Assembly (NCBI GenBank): GCA_050256555.1
Contig: JBBWWC010000067.1
Span: 1 to 45,665 of the forward strand
Length of the DNA: 45,665 nucleotides
Origin: Planctomycetota bacterium
GTDB taxonomy: Bacteria; Planctomycetota; UBA8108; UBA1146
Direction: 5' to 3'
The first letter of the stretch is position 1. Each line of letters opens with the position of its first letter. Below the pieces are notes generated by a model, which searched no databases, was not told the DNA's origin, and worked only from the letters and a program-made list of their open reading frames with translations. The position numbers and the translations under genes are program-made. Below are positions 8,627 to 19,015 of the stretch, piece by piece.

Positions 8627-8964
8627 AGCTCAGACAAATTTGTCTTCACCACTGAACCACCACCCACGATGAACAGATTTGCGACTTCTGCCACGAGGGC
8701 TTTGACACCCGCCGTTTTTTCGACGGAATCGTGTTGCTGACAGCGAACCACTATATTTTCTTTTTTCTGCTCGACGACAATCAAGAAACGTTGTGTCACT
8801 CCCAGCTCGATGACCAGCGCCAGAACCAGTAACTGGGTTTCATCGGTGCGTAGATAGGCACCGAGGAGATTTCGTACAGAGGATCCTTCGATGGCCTGAA
8901 ATGGCTCAAAACCCTTCCAGACCTTACAAAGCGCAGGACCACCAGAGATGATGGCATGAGGCAT
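8623..8964 (-). CDS. Hypothetical protein (113 aa)
   Basis: An ORF of reasonable coding appearance with no motif I recognise. Its stop overlaps the btpA-like stop in a palindromic CTAG. Confidence 0.45.
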   Translation of the reverse strand: MPHAIISGGPALCKVWKGFEPFQAIEGSSVRNLLGAYLRTDETQLLVLALVIELGVTQRFLIVVEQKKENIVVRCQQHDSVEKTAGVKALVAEVANLFIVGGGSVVKTNLSEL

Positions 8965-9058
8965 ATGTTCTCACCTTTCCGGCATGCGTTGCTGCATGTC
9001 CCGTGTCTGATTATCGTGAGGAGAAGGCCCCGAAGGCAAGCCCTAGAAATTCAACAAC

Positions 9059-9718
9059 ATGGGAGAGCGCCGGATGACACCAGCGGACACCGCCGATTCC
9101 AACACAGGCGATTCCAACACAGGCGATTCCAATACAGGCGATTCCAACCGATCGGATCCCTCTTCGTCGGTACACTCATCGCTTCCGGGAAATCCCGTCG
9201 ACCTTCAAATCGGTAGCTCTTTTCATGAGAAAGACGGTTGGTTTCATGCAGGAAACGCAACCATCGTTGGCGACGTCCGTATTGGTGCAGGATCAGGGAT
9301 CTGGTACGGGGCCACCCTCAGAGGCGATGACGCCCCCATTATTCTTGGTCAGCGGGTCAACGTTCAGGATCTCTCGGTTCTCCATGCCGATCCTGGCAAA
9401 CCCCTGATCATCGGAGATGACGTGACCATCGGGCACGGCGCCATCGTTCACTGCACCAACATAGGAGACGGTTCCCTCATCGGTATGGGCTCCGTGTTGC
9501 TCGAAGATGTAGAGGTTGGTTCCGGTTCCTTGATTGCTGCCGGAGCTGTCGTTGCGCCTGGCACCAAGATTCCACCCGGCTCATTGGTCGTCGGAGTTCC
9601 CGGGCGTATTGTCAGGGAAATCTCTGATACCGAGCGCACCTCTTTCCTCGCATCAGCAGACAAATACGCCAAAAACGCAGTTCTCTTTCGACGTAATTAC
9701 GGAGACACGCCCAGATGA
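9059..9718 (+). CDS. Gamma-carbonic-anhydrase-like / left-handed beta-helix (hexapeptide repeat) protein with a repeat-bearing N-terminal extension
   Basis: NATIVGDVRIGAGSGIWYGATLRGD...ILG.RVNVQD..VLH......L.IGDDVTIGHGAIVH...IGDGSLIGMGSVLL is typical of the YrdA/PaaY gamma-CA family. No in-frame ATG lies between the repeat and the core. Confidence 0.85.
   Translation: MGERRMTPADTADSNTGDSNTGDSNTGDSNRSDPSSSVHSSLPGNPVDLQIGSSFHEKDGWFHAGNATIVGDVRIGAGSGIWYGATLRGDDAPIILGQRVNVQDLSVLHADPGKPLIIGDDVTIGHGAIVHCTNIGDGSLIGMGSVLLEDVEVGSGSLIAAGAVVAPGTKIPPGSLVVGVPGRIVREISDTERTSFLASADKYAKNAVLFRRNYGDTPR
9095..9149 (+). repeat. 15-bp in-frame tandem repeat (3.7 units) encoding (DSNTG)n
   Basis: gattccaacacaggc x2, gattccaatacaggc, then gattccaacc, giving the protein ADSNTGDSNTGDSNTGDSN. 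Confidence 0.9.
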
Positions 9719-10443
9719 ATGTGCCGACAAATGGTTACCTCCTGATGATTGAAACGAGCCAGCGTCAGGGCTCTGTTGCACTGGGTACTCTGGATGGAAC
9801 AGTCCACGATGAAGAACACTTCAGTCCTGGACTGGTACACGGCAAAGAATTACTCCCCAGGATCAACACCATTATCGAACGAAATCAGGCCAAGGATCAG
9901 CTTGCGGTAGTCGCTGCCAGTAAGGGACCTGGATCGTTCACCGGAATTCGTATCGGCGTCTCGGCAGCCAAAGCCATCGCATGGTCCTTGAAAATTCCAG
10001 CCCTCGGAATCTCTTCACTGGAGGTACTTGCTGCCAATATTGAAGAGGAAGGGAAGTGGGGAGTTCTTCTCGATGGTAGCAGCGGTGATCTGGATCTAGC
10101 CTTCTTCGAAGTCTCCGCCGGGAAAGCCACACGCATCAGTGAAGAGCTCGCCATTCATTGCAAAGATCTCTCTTCCTTCATCGAACCAGGAATGAAATTC
10201 ATCGGTTCGGGTGCCAGGACTGCTGACTTCCCGACAGATCTGGAAACAGGACCAGAGCAATGGGACACCCCACAAGCGATCCACGGACTCAAGATCGGAA
10301 AAATCCACGTTCGTGAAATTCTCGCTGGACAGCAGCCTCCTCCCGGATGGGAACTATCTCATCAGCTCAATCCCCGATATCTCCGGGCCAGTCGAGCCGA
10401 AGAAGTGCGACTCCGTCGCATTGCAAACGAGGAAAAGAAATGA
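9715..10443 (+). CDS. tsaB: tRNA t6A37 threonylcarbamoyl-transfer protein TsaB
   Basis: LMIETSQRQGSVAL and VVAASKGPGSFTGIRIGVSAAKAIAW are present. The ATGA overlaps the upstream gene's stop. Confidence 0.85.
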   Translation: MNVPTNGYLLMIETSQRQGSVALGTLDGTVHDEEHFSPGLVHGKELLPRINTIIERNQAKDQLAVVAASKGPGSFTGIRIGVSAAKAIAWSLKIPALGISSLEVLAANIEEEGKWGVLLDGSSGDLDLAFFEVSAGKATRISEELAIHCKDLSSFIEPGMKFIGSGARTADFPTDLETGPEQWDTPQAIHGLKIGKIHVREILAGQQPPPGWELSHQLNPRYLRASRAEEVRLRRIANEEKK

Positions 10444-11576
10444 AGCCGGACAGGACCTGGGCGACCATCGATCTCGATATCGTTGCCAGCAATCTCGAGC
10501 TTCTACGCTGTCTTTTACCGGAAAAGAAAATTCTCGGGGTGGTCAAAGCCGATGCGTATGGACACGGTTCGATTCCGATTTCCAGAAGACTTGCCGATGA
10601 AAACATCGATTACCTCGGTGTCGGCACATCACGAGAAGCTCTTGATCTCAGAAAATCCAACATCGACACCCCCATTCTCGTTCTCGGAGCGTTGATCGAC
10701 TCGGAGCTGGATTTACTCATCGATCAAAACATCTCTGTCACGATTCATTCTTCAAGCCGAATCAAACTGCTCGATGAAATCGCACAAAAACGAGGACAAA
10801 CTCTGGGAGTTCATCTACTCGTCGACACAGGGATGTCACGACTAGGGGTTAGCCCGGAACAGGCATTCATTCATGGCTCCGAAATTGATCGCTGTCCGGG
10901 ACTTCGCTTTGAAGGCATCGGGACTCATCTTCCAACACCTGGATCGACCCCGATCGTCGCACGCCAGCAAGAGATCCTTCATGACATCGTCAACAACCTC
11001 GAAAATGCCGGAATCGGCCCTCTTCTTGTACATATCGATGCCAGCGAAGCGGCCCTTCGTCATCCGGACCCCACTGCGGGAATGGTCCGCCTCGGAGGAG
11101 CTCTTTACGGATTTTTTCGCCACCTTCCGGCCGGAAAAGAACTGAAAGCGGTCCTGAACCTCCATAGCCAGGTGGTTTATCTGAGAGATCACCCACCCCA
11201 TCAACCTATAGGTTACGGTGGAACCTTCGTAACTGCTCGACAATCGCGGTTAGCAACGGTACCCATTGGGTATCATGACGGATTCTCTTCGGCCCTGTCG
11301 AATCGTGGACAAGTGATCATCCGTGGGCAACGTGTTCCGGTAGTCGGTCGTGTAACAATGGATTATTGCATGGTCGATGTTACTGACGTACCGGGAACCG
11401 TAGTCGGTGATGAAGTGACTCTGATCGGGACCGATGGAGATGCGACAATAACTGCAGAAGAAATCGCTGACTGGAGCGGAACCCTTCCTTACGAGGTGAC
11501 ATGCCTTCTCGGCAGCAGGGTTGAAAGACATCATGTGGGTAAGTTCACACAAGAACTTGAAATGGAAGGGAGGTAG
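10440..11576 (+). CDS. alr: Alanine racemase
   Basis: The PLP-Lys motif VVKADAYGHG and the C-terminal VGRVTMDY..VDVT are present. I prefer ATG 10440, which overlaps the tsaB TGA, over the track start at 10347. Confidence 0.9.
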   Translation: MKPDRTWATIDLDIVASNLELLRCLLPEKKILGVVKADAYGHGSIPISRRLADENIDYLGVGTSREALDLRKSNIDTPILVLGALIDSELDLLIDQNISVTIHSSSRIKLLDEIAQKRGQTLGVHLLVDTGMSRLGVSPEQAFIHGSEIDRCPGLRFEGIGTHLPTPGSTPIVARQQEILHDIVNNLENAGIGPLLVHIDASEAALRHPDPTAGMVRLGGALYGFFRHLPAGKELKAVLNLHSQVVYLRDHPPHQPIGYGGTFVTARQSRLATVPIGYHDGFSSALSNRGQVIIRGQRVPVVGRVTMDYCMVDVTDVPGTVVGDEVTLIGTDGDATITAEEIADWSGTLPYEVTCLLGSRVERHHVGKFTQELEMEGR

Positions 11577-11579
11577 GTA

Positions 11580-14500
11580 ATGGAATCATCCAAGGACAGC
11601 AAAACTGTCACGGCTTCCTATCCTCTTCCCCCCGGGAGATTGAAATCTACGAAATCCCGACTCCGTGCCAAAATCCGCAGGATCCTTCTTTTTGTGCTGG
11701 TCATTCCAGTTCTCTTTGCCGGGGTGACGTTCTGGATCGGGTCCTGGGTTCTCAGTCCCGAGCAAATGAAATATCGCGCTACCGATCTACTGGTAAATCG
11801 TCTCGCAACGGGCTTTGCCATCGATGACGTTCAATGGACCTGGCCGGCCAGCATCGAGATCAAGGATCTGGTCATCCATCCGCCACATGAAAGTCGCTAT
11901 GCCGAATTGATACGACTTTCTCGACTCAGTCTTGATCTGGATCCATGGTCTCTCCTGCTCGGAAATCCTCATATCAAGAGAATCGAGATCGCCGGCTCGA
12001 CACTGGTTCTCGAAAGGGATCATCTCGGAGAATTAACCCTTCTGGATGTGTTACGTGATGCAGTAGCGCCGATACAGGGGCCTCAACTTCCAGAAACCCG
12101 CGAATCGAAACAAACCGCAGAGCTCTCACCCCCGGAATTGGTCATCTCTGATTTACGTGTAGAAACCTGTCCTGAGACCATCGCCCACAGTCCGGAAGGT
12201 CTTCAGGTCTCCAGCCTCAGACTGGAAGTTTCGCCTGACGATCCTCAGCTGTGGAAACTCAACGGGATCGCTTTCGATAGCTCGGTACGAAGCATTCAAA
12301 TCGAGGGAGCCGGCCGTCTTTCGATGGGTGATTTCGAACTGGCCCTCACTGTTGATCGAATCCAGCTCGATCAGAATCTCAGGGATCGGATCCCTCCGGC
12401 ATTAAAGCTGGTCTGGGATGGTTATCATCCAACCGGTATTGCCAGCCTGAAACACACACTCATTCTTCAAGATGCTCAGCCTGTAAAAAACTCGACCGAA
12501 CTCTCCATCTCCGATGGATCACTCCAGTTTCAACAACCAGACCTTCTCGTAGATCAGTTATCGGGAAAACTGGAAATCACCCCCGAAGCCATCAAATTTC
12601 GAAAGCCACTGGAGGGCAAGTTCTTCGGTGCCCGAGCACTACTGTCAGGAGAAATAGAACTAGAAGCTCTGAACCCTGGTCGCAGTGAACTTGATCTCAA
12701 AATAGATGGCTTGGTATTCGAACCAAGAATCTACGAGATACTCCCCAGCTCGATTCAGAAGATCTGGGATCAATTCTCACCATCGGGTCAATTCGGTCTC
12801 AATGTCGCCATCGGTAGCGAGCAATACCCTCCGACCATCAAAGCGATGCAGCTGCTTCTTTCTGAAGTAGATGGTAGTTATTCACGCTACCCATACCCAC
12901 TGCGCCATCTGCAAGGAGAGATCCGTTACTTCGACCAGCAAATAGAACTGGATATCACCGGGGGAATAGCTGGAGAACCCGTCAGTGCTCAGGGCACATT
13001 CGAAACAAAACCAGCGGGGGAAAGCCACCTGGTCATCGAAGGAAAATCATTACTTCTCGACGATCGGGTACGAACAGCGCTCGGTGATCAATACTCAAGT
13101 ATTTTCGATCTTTATTCACCGCGCGGTCGGTCTGATCTTCGTATCGAGATCGACCGAGAAAAAACCGGCGCAAAGATGGAAACCCGGATCATGATAGATC
13201 CCAGGGGAGCAAGCATCGCCCATCAGGCCTTCCCTTACCGCGTTCATGATCTCACCGGCAGAGTGACCATCGAAGCCAGTAACGGGAAGGTTTTGTTCCA
13301 GAATCTCACCGGCAGACACGCCCAAAGTGAACTCTCGCTTCCAGCTGGCCTGATCGAATTCAAGGGTGGGAAGATGGTCCGCCTCGAAATCCCGATTGAA
13401 AGCCCAAAACTGGTTCCTGATGAAGAACTGATTTCAGCCTTGCCAGAAGACATTGCCAACAGAATACGGTCGCTCGACATCCTTGCTGGTGGCGGATCCC
13501 TCGATACCGTTGTCGAGCTTCGAGCCGATGAAAACACTCCTTTTGACATCTACGTTCGTTCTCGCATCTCCGATCCTGTTCGCCTTCGATATCACAGACT
13601 TCCATATCCGTTGGTCTTCCATCAAGGCCAGGTAGTGTTTTCGAGTACCGAGGGACGTATTCGACTCGACGAGCTGACCACTGATCCGGCAAACTCACCT
13701 GTCGTGAACGTCTCTGGTGAAATCGGTCCAGATGACAGTTTCGTTACCGAACCCCATGCACTAAAAGATGCCTCGCTTCTGTCGATGAGCCTGACAGTTG
13801 AAGAGGGCGCGGATGGAAAAGGACTACGTCTATCGGATGAAGAGCTCGTCGAAAATCTCCCTAAAGACCTACGCAATTTCTTCCGAAAGATGCAACTCGA
13901 TGGAAATGTCACAGGTCAAATAAATGTCCTGTATCGCTATCAAAAAAGAGACTCCGATGGAGCTCCGATTGAACAAGTAAAATACGATGTGACGGGACAA
14001 CTGAAACAAGCGGGGTTTGATTTCGCTCTGCAAGCCGAAGATTTATCGGCAAACTTTGTCATTCATGGCGGAATCAAACCAGGTGAAGGGCATACTTTTT
14101 CTGGCCAGCTTTCTGATGGCGATTTCCGTTTTTCACGGTTCCGCGCAAAAGTCCCTCCGACTCGCCCTCTTAGTTTTACATACGGAGTCGATCATCCTCG
14201 TCTATCAAATCAGAATAACGACCAACGACAATTCCCTACGAAATGGCTCCTCGATAAACTTCCACAGGACCGATCCAATGTCTTCCAGGCCGAACTCGGT
14301 CCCAGTGACATCTATGGTGGCCCGCTCGATGGTTTCTTCTTTGCCGATCTGAATCAAAATGAAGGAGTTTTCGCTGGAGAAGCGAACATAGAAGAAGTCG
14401 ATCTGGCGCTCGGCGCAGAAATTTTATTCCGTAAAAAAGATGTCCGTGGTGACGCGCGCGGTTCTGTTCAGGTAGAAGGCCTGGTTGGATCTTCAGAGTC

Positions 14501-14888
14501 CGTCACCGGCAGCGGAGAATTCTCAATTCGTAACGGTAAACTGGCACAAATTCCGCTTCTCGCCGGAGCGATTATTAATCCGTTTGAGGGTCTCAATCGA
14601 AATAACAATCGCATCAAAGAGGCCGATGGCAACTTCACCATTCACGACCAGCTCTTCGATTTTCGTGGATTGGGTTCCATCAAACTAAAAAGTCCCACCG
14701 GGAAAATTCTCGGTCGAGGAACAATGGGATTTAACAAGACTCTGAATCTTGTGATGGAACCTCAAACCCTGGGTGGAGCTCCGATTCTCTCTGATATCGC
14801 AAATCGACTGCTTCGTTTCAGGATTCGTGGGACTCTCGATAATCCACAGCTCAATAGCCGAAAAGAAACCTCTCCAGGGAAGCCGTGA
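11580..14888 (+). CDS. AsmA-family large membrane-anchored (outer-membrane biogenesis type) protein
   Basis: There is a single N-terminal TM segment (ILLFVLVIPVLFAGVTFWIGSWVL) followed by the AsmA-like W.WPASIEIKDLVI. The C-terminal GSGEFSIRNGKL...ADGNFTIHDQLFDF..L.SIKLKSPTGKILGRGTMGF resembles the AsmA_2 end. The functional call is moderate. Confidence 0.6.
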   Translation: MESSKDSKTVTASYPLPPGRLKSTKSRLRAKIRRILLFVLVIPVLFAGVTFWIGSWVLSPEQMKYRATDLLVNRLATGFAIDDVQWTWPASIEIKDLVIHPPHESRYAELIRLSRLSLDLDPWSLLLGNPHIKRIEIAGSTLVLERDHLGELTLLDVLRDAVAPIQGPQLPETRESKQTAELSPPELVISDLRVETCPETIAHSPEGLQVSSLRLEVSPDDPQLWKLNGIAFDSSVRSIQIEGAGRLSMGDFELALTVDRIQLDQNLRDRIPPALKLVWDGYHPTGIASLKHTLILQDAQPVKNSTELSISDGSLQFQQPDLLVDQLSGKLEITPEAIKFRKPLEGKFFGARALLSGEIELEALNPGRSELDLKIDGLVFEPRIYEILPSSIQKIWDQFSPSGQFGLNVAIGSEQYPPTIKAMQLLLSEVDGSYSRYPYPLRHLQGEIRYFDQQIELDITGGIAGEPVSAQGTFETKPAGESHLVIEGKSLLLDDRVRTALGDQYSSIFDLYSPRGRSDLRIEIDREKTGAKMETRIMIDPRGASIAHQAFPYRVHDLTGRVTIEASNGKVLFQNLTGRHAQSELSLPAGLIEFKGGKMVRLEIPIESPKLVPDEELISALPEDIANRIRSLDILAGGGSLDTVVELRADENTPFDIYVRSRISDPVRLRYHRLPYPLVFHQGQVVFSSTEGRIRLDELTTDPANSPVVNVSGEIGPDDSFVTEPHALKDASLLSMSLTVEEGADGKGLRLSDEELVENLPKDLRNFFRKMQLDGNVTGQINVLYRYQKRDSDGAPIEQVKYDVTGQLKQAGFDFALQAEDLSANFVIHGGIKPGEGHTFSGQLSDGDFRFSRFRAKVPPTRPLSFTYGVDHPRLSNQNNDQRQFPTKWLLDKLPQDRSNVFQAELGPSDIYGGPLDGFFFADLNQNEGVFAGEANIEEVDLALGAEILFRKKDVRGDARGSVQVEGLVGSSESVTGSGEFSIRNGKLAQIPLLAGAIINPFEGLNRNNNRIKEADGNFTIHDQLFDFRGLGSIKLKSPTGKILGRGTMGFNKTLNLVMEPQTLGGAPILSDIANRLLRFRIRGTLDNPQLNSRKETSPGKP

Positions 14889-15002
14889 ATCGCCCGGCAG
14901 AACTCTCCCATCGTGCCAACAGCTCGATGATCGCCAGTCAATCCCCAAGCCACTACTGTCGTTGAACTGATCTAGGGTCCAGGATGACGTTGGAGGTATT
15001 CC

Positions 15003-16127
15003 ATGAAACCAACCGAAGCTCGAAACAACAAAAATCTACCGACCAAACATCTACTCGGACGACTGGTGCTGATTCTATGTCTTTTCATGCCAATCCTGGT
15101 CAGCTCCTTTCCAGGTTCGCCCACCATGAAAACGGGTGTCCAGATCCCTGCGGAGGTGGCCAGCGGGATCGCACATAGTGCCAATTCACTACTAAATCTG
15201 CTCGGTGAAAAATCGAAGCAAAAGATTCACCAGCCGGCATTACCTGGAGCCTCTGGAAGTGAAGCGCTTTCTCGTTGGACTTACTTTCCAGGCGAACGTC
15301 CTGGATTACGGCTCGATGAGATGACAGCGCAAGAACGAGTGCTGGCGCAAAAGCTGGTGCGAAGCTCCCTCTCGGACACAGGGCATCTAAAATGGAATGC
15401 CATCATCGCACTCGAAGACGTTTTGCGATCCATGAGTCGGGCAGCCGGGGGGGATGATCCAAGTCGAAATCCGGGCCAATATACCTTTGCCATCTTCGGC
15501 GATCCGATGGGAGAAAGCCCCTGGGGCTGGCGTGTCGAAGGACATCATATTTCGCTCAAGTTCTTACTGGATGGAGACACGATACTCTCTTCGACACCGG
15601 CGTTCCTCGGGGCCGCCCCCACTGTTCCGATGATGGGGCCCAACACAGGAACAGAGATTCTCGATGAAGAAGAAGACCTGGCGCTAGCGCTGGCCAGATC
15701 ATTGGCGCCTGCACAGCGGGAAATTGCCATCCAGCAAGGACAGCTGCCCCGAGATGTTGTGACGGGACCAGGGAATCCTGGTGCCCCTGAAAATGTAGGG
15801 ATCCGTAGAGACCAGCTCGATCCATCACAAAAGATTCTTCTCGACACACTCATCGTGACCCATCTGGGCCTGATGAAATCGGCCATCGCTACTGCAGAAA
15901 AAGCACGAATCTTCAACGCAAATCAAGACGAGATCCGATTTGCCTGGTGGGGATTACTCGACAAGGGATTACGCCACTCATATCGAATTCACGGCCCTAC
16001 CTTTGTCGTTGAACTGGTAAAGGTCGCAGCTGATCCAGGACATGTTCATATCGTCAGAAGAGATCCGCAGCGCGACCTGGATGGATCACCTCTGCTTGAT
16101 CATCTCCGTCAAGCACACGGCAAATGA
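15003..16127 (+). CDS. DUF3500 domain-containing secreted protein
   Basis: FAIFGDP....PWGWRVEGHHISLKF is the characteristic DUF3500 motif. An N-terminal hydrophobic signal is present, with a GGAGG-like RBS upstream. Confidence 0.7.
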   Translation: MKPTEARNNKNLPTKHLLGRLVLILCLFMPILVSSFPGSPTMKTGVQIPAEVASGIAHSANSLLNLLGEKSKQKIHQPALPGASGSEALSRWTYFPGERPGLRLDEMTAQERVLAQKLVRSSLSDTGHLKWNAIIALEDVLRSMSRAAGGDDPSRNPGQYTFAIFGDPMGESPWGWRVEGHHISLKFLLDGDTILSSTPAFLGAAPTVPMMGPNTGTEILDEEEDLALALARSLAPAQREIAIQQGQLPRDVVTGPGNPGAPENVGIRRDQLDPSQKILLDTLIVTHLGLMKSAIATAEKARIFNANQDEIRFAWWGLLDKGLRHSYRIHGPTFVVELVKVAADPGHVHIVRRDPQRDLDGSPLLDHLRQAHGK

Positions 16128-16193
16128 ACTCGGTCAAGATGACTCGACGGAAGATCAATTACCCCTCATCATCCAACTTCCAGGAAGGATCTA

Positions 16194-18041
16194 ATGTCAT
16201 CATCAACGAATACTAAAGCTCTTGTCGAATGCGTACCGAACATCTCTGAAGGCCGAGATCGGCAAAAGATAGACCACATCGTCGCTGCGGCTGCAGCCGT
16301 CGATTCAGTGGAAGTTCTCGACGTCGATCCAGGCGCAGACACTAACCGAACCGTCATCACACTTGTCGGACCACCAGAGCCGATTGCCGAGGCCGCATTC
16401 CGCCTGGTCGAAAAAGCTGCCGAACTGATCGACATGAGCTCGCATCAAGGCGCCCACTCTCGCCATGGGGCTACCGATGTATGCCCCTTCATTCCCGTCA
16501 GTGACATCTCGATGGAACAATGCATCGAGATCGCCAGAGGCGTGGGTAAAAGGATCGGTGAAGAATTACAAATTCCTGTCTACATGTATGACCGTGCGGC
16601 TTTGCGCGAAGATCGAACGTCCCTCGCCACGGTGAGAAAAGGCGAATACGAAGCGCTTCCAGAAAAAATGGCTGACCAGAACTGGAAACCCGATTTTGGC
16701 CCGGCGCGCTTCTTGCCAGGGCCCGGAGTTGTCACTGTCGGAGCACGAGAGTTCCTAATCGCCTACAACGTGAATCTCAATACAAGAGATAAAGCCCAGG
16801 CAAATGATCTGGCGATGGAGATTCGGGAAAAAGGTCGCGCTGTTCGAATCAATGCAACAACACCCTACTACTCAAGCGGGAAATTGTTGCGTTACCGAGA
16901 AGCCGAAGGTATCTGGCCTTCCGGCATCACCTCGGAAATATTCTCGACACGTGATGAACTTGATCAACATCTACAGGCTCACAATACTTCACTCGAAAAA
17001 GAAGCCGCCTTCTTCGGACAGGACTCCTCCGCACTCGATGGAGAAATGGTCATGAAAAGGGGGCGATTCGAACACTGTCGTGCAGTCGGATGGGTGATCC
17101 CAGAGTACGGTCGTGCGCAGATCTCCATCAATCTCACAGATTTCCATGTCACCAACATGCACGATGTTGTCGATGCCTGTTGTGAGCTGGCAAAAGACCG
17201 CGGTCTCGTCGTCACCGGATCAGAACTGGTCGGAGTCACTCCTTACAGCGCCATCCGTGAGAGCGGAGAACATTACTTGGAAAAACAGGGATCCAGCCGT
17301 GGGATCCCCGTCAGTGATATCATCGCAACCGCCGTTCAGTCACTTGGCCTTTCTGATATCACACCTTTCGATCCCGAAAGTTCGATACTCGGTATGACCT
17401 CCACTAAGGGCCCATTGACTGGTTTAGCCGTCTCTGATTTCACCGATGAAGTCTCACGCGACTCGCCCGCTCCCGGTGGCGGATCCATAGCGGCACTGGC
17501 AGGCTCTCTCGGAGCCGCTCTTTCCTCCATGGTTGCCAACCTCACCTTCGCCAAACGGAAGTACCGTAAGCGTCGGGTGGAAATGGAACCTCTAGCCATC
17601 GAAGCACAAAGATTGAAAGATGAACTGCTACGTGCCGTCGACCACGACACCAGTGCTTTCGAGGGAGTCCTCGAAGCGATGCGACTCCCACAAACCACTC
17701 CGGAACAGGAACGAACCCGAACGATTGCCATCGAGGCGGGTTATCGACATGCCACGGAGGTTCCTCTTGTTACAGCAGAGCTATGCCTGGAAGTGATGAA
17801 GTTAGCACTCCAGGCATCCGAGCGAGGACTCCCTGCAGGAATCACAGATGCTGGCACCGCCATCTGGATGGCTCGAGCGGGTCTTGAAGGAGCAATTCTC
17901 AACGTCCGCGTCAATCTCGCTGAAATTCAAGATAAACACTGGAAAACAGCTACAGAGCAACGAATTGAAGCCCTACAGAACGACTCGAACGAACTCCTAG
18001 AGCGTTGTCAGGACCAACTGGAGAAAATCCTCGGATCCTGA
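16194..18041 (+). CDS. Bifunctional glutamate formimidoyltransferase / formimidoyltetrahydrofolate cyclodeaminase (FTCD-type fusion)
   Basis: The N-terminus LVECVPNISEGRD marks the formiminotransferase domain. The C-terminal ~190 aa with SPAPGGGSIAALAGSLGAALSSMVANLT mark the cyclodeaminase domain. Confidence 0.9.
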   Translation: MSSSTNTKALVECVPNISEGRDRQKIDHIVAAAAAVDSVEVLDVDPGADTNRTVITLVGPPEPIAEAAFRLVEKAAELIDMSSHQGAHSRHGATDVCPFIPVSDISMEQCIEIARGVGKRIGEELQIPVYMYDRAALREDRTSLATVRKGEYEALPEKMADQNWKPDFGPARFLPGPGVVTVGAREFLIAYNVNLNTRDKAQANDLAMEIREKGRAVRINATTPYYSSGKLLRYREAEGIWPSGITSEIFSTRDELDQHLQAHNTSLEKEAAFFGQDSSALDGEMVMKRGRFEHCRAVGWVIPEYGRAQISINLTDFHVTNMHDVVDACCELAKDRGLVVTGSELVGVTPYSAIRESGEHYLEKQGSSRGIPVSDIIATAVQSLGLSDITPFDPESSILGMTSTKGPLTGLAVSDFTDEVSRDSPAPGGGSIAALAGSLGAALSSMVANLTFAKRKYRKRRVEMEPLAIEAQRLKDELLRAVDHDTSAFEGVLEAMRLPQTTPEQERTRTIAIEAGYRHATEVPLVTAELCLEVMKLALQASERGLPAGITDAGTAIWMARAGLEGAILNVRVNLAEIQDKHWKTATEQRIEALQNDSNELLERCQDQLEKILGS

Positions 18042-18151
18042 GCAATCTTTAGGGTAAATTCGGGGTTATGATGTCAGAGACTGGGATACGAGCCAAATTG
18101 AGTAAGAACTTAGACAGTCTCGTAAACCAGGTTTAGCCATAAAGGAGACCG

Positions 18152-18952
18152 ATGAAGCCAGCCATTATTATCTTGAGTATTTTAGTGATCAGCACTGGTG
18201 CTGTTGCTTTTAATAACCAGCAACAAGCCAAAGAGGCGATTGAAACTGCAAACAGATTAAATCAGCAGCTGATCGCAGTCAGAGAGCGTCTCGAGACTCT
18301 CGAACAGAAACCAGAACCGACCTCACCAATTTCCTGGGCTGATCCTGCAACTTCCAATGGCGAAGTCGCACCGATTCCCGAAGAAGTGGTTGCAGCCATC
18401 GCAAACCAGATTGCGAAAAACTCGAATGCCCTGGGAACCATTGCAAGCAGAGTTCTCACGACTCCTACTTCGACCTCCGATTCCAGCCAGCTCGATAATC
18501 CTGTGCAGTTCGATCAACAAGTTCGAGACACGCTGGCAGCAGTCCGAGATGAAGAGCGAGAAGAACGCAACCTGAGAAATCAGGAGAGGATGATGGAGCG
18601 CGCCCAAGAGCGTGCCAACAGAATGGCTGAAGAGTTGGGACTTAACGGTCAACAAGCAGAACAGTTCACATCTTTACTAGCAGAACATTCTGCAGAGATG
18701 GGGCAGATCTGGAGTGAATCACGAGAACTTGATCTGGACCGTGGAGAAATGAGAAGCTTCTTCGAGCAAACCCGCGAAGAGCAAAATGGCGAAATCCAAG
18801 AAATCCTGAATGCCGATCAATATACCCAGTACCTGGAACTTCCACAGGGTGGTGCCACCTGGGGCAGACGTGGTGGTGGTGGCGGCGGCAACAGTAATGG
18901 CGGCGGCAACAGTAATGGCGGCAGTGGCGGCGGCGGCCGAGGAGGCTTCTGA
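18152..18952 (+). CDS. Hypothetical secreted coiled-coil protein with LTXXQ-like motifs and a Gly/Asn/Ser-rich tail
   Basis: AAGGAG RBS and N-terminal signal/anchor IIILSILVISTGAVA. The helical E/R/Q-rich body carries LNGQQAEQF and LNADQYTQY, which are Spy/CpxP-like. The tail is GGGGGNSNGGGNSNGGSGGGGRGGF. The function is uncertain. Confidence 0.55.
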   Translation: MKPAIIILSILVISTGAVAFNNQQQAKEAIETANRLNQQLIAVRERLETLEQKPEPTSPISWADPATSNGEVAPIPEEVVAAIANQIAKNSNALGTIASRVLTTPTSTSDSSQLDNPVQFDQQVRDTLAAVRDEEREERNLRNQERMMERAQERANRMAEELGLNGQQAEQFTSLLAEHSAEMGQIWSESRELDLDRGEMRSFFEQTREEQNGEIQEILNADQYTQYLELPQGGATWGRRGGGGGGNSNGGGNSNGGSGGGGRGGF

Positions 18953-19015
18953 TCAGCCATGTCTGTCGGATAAGAGTTCTTTCATTCGAAGTCTCCACAG
19001 GGCTATGATCTTTAT

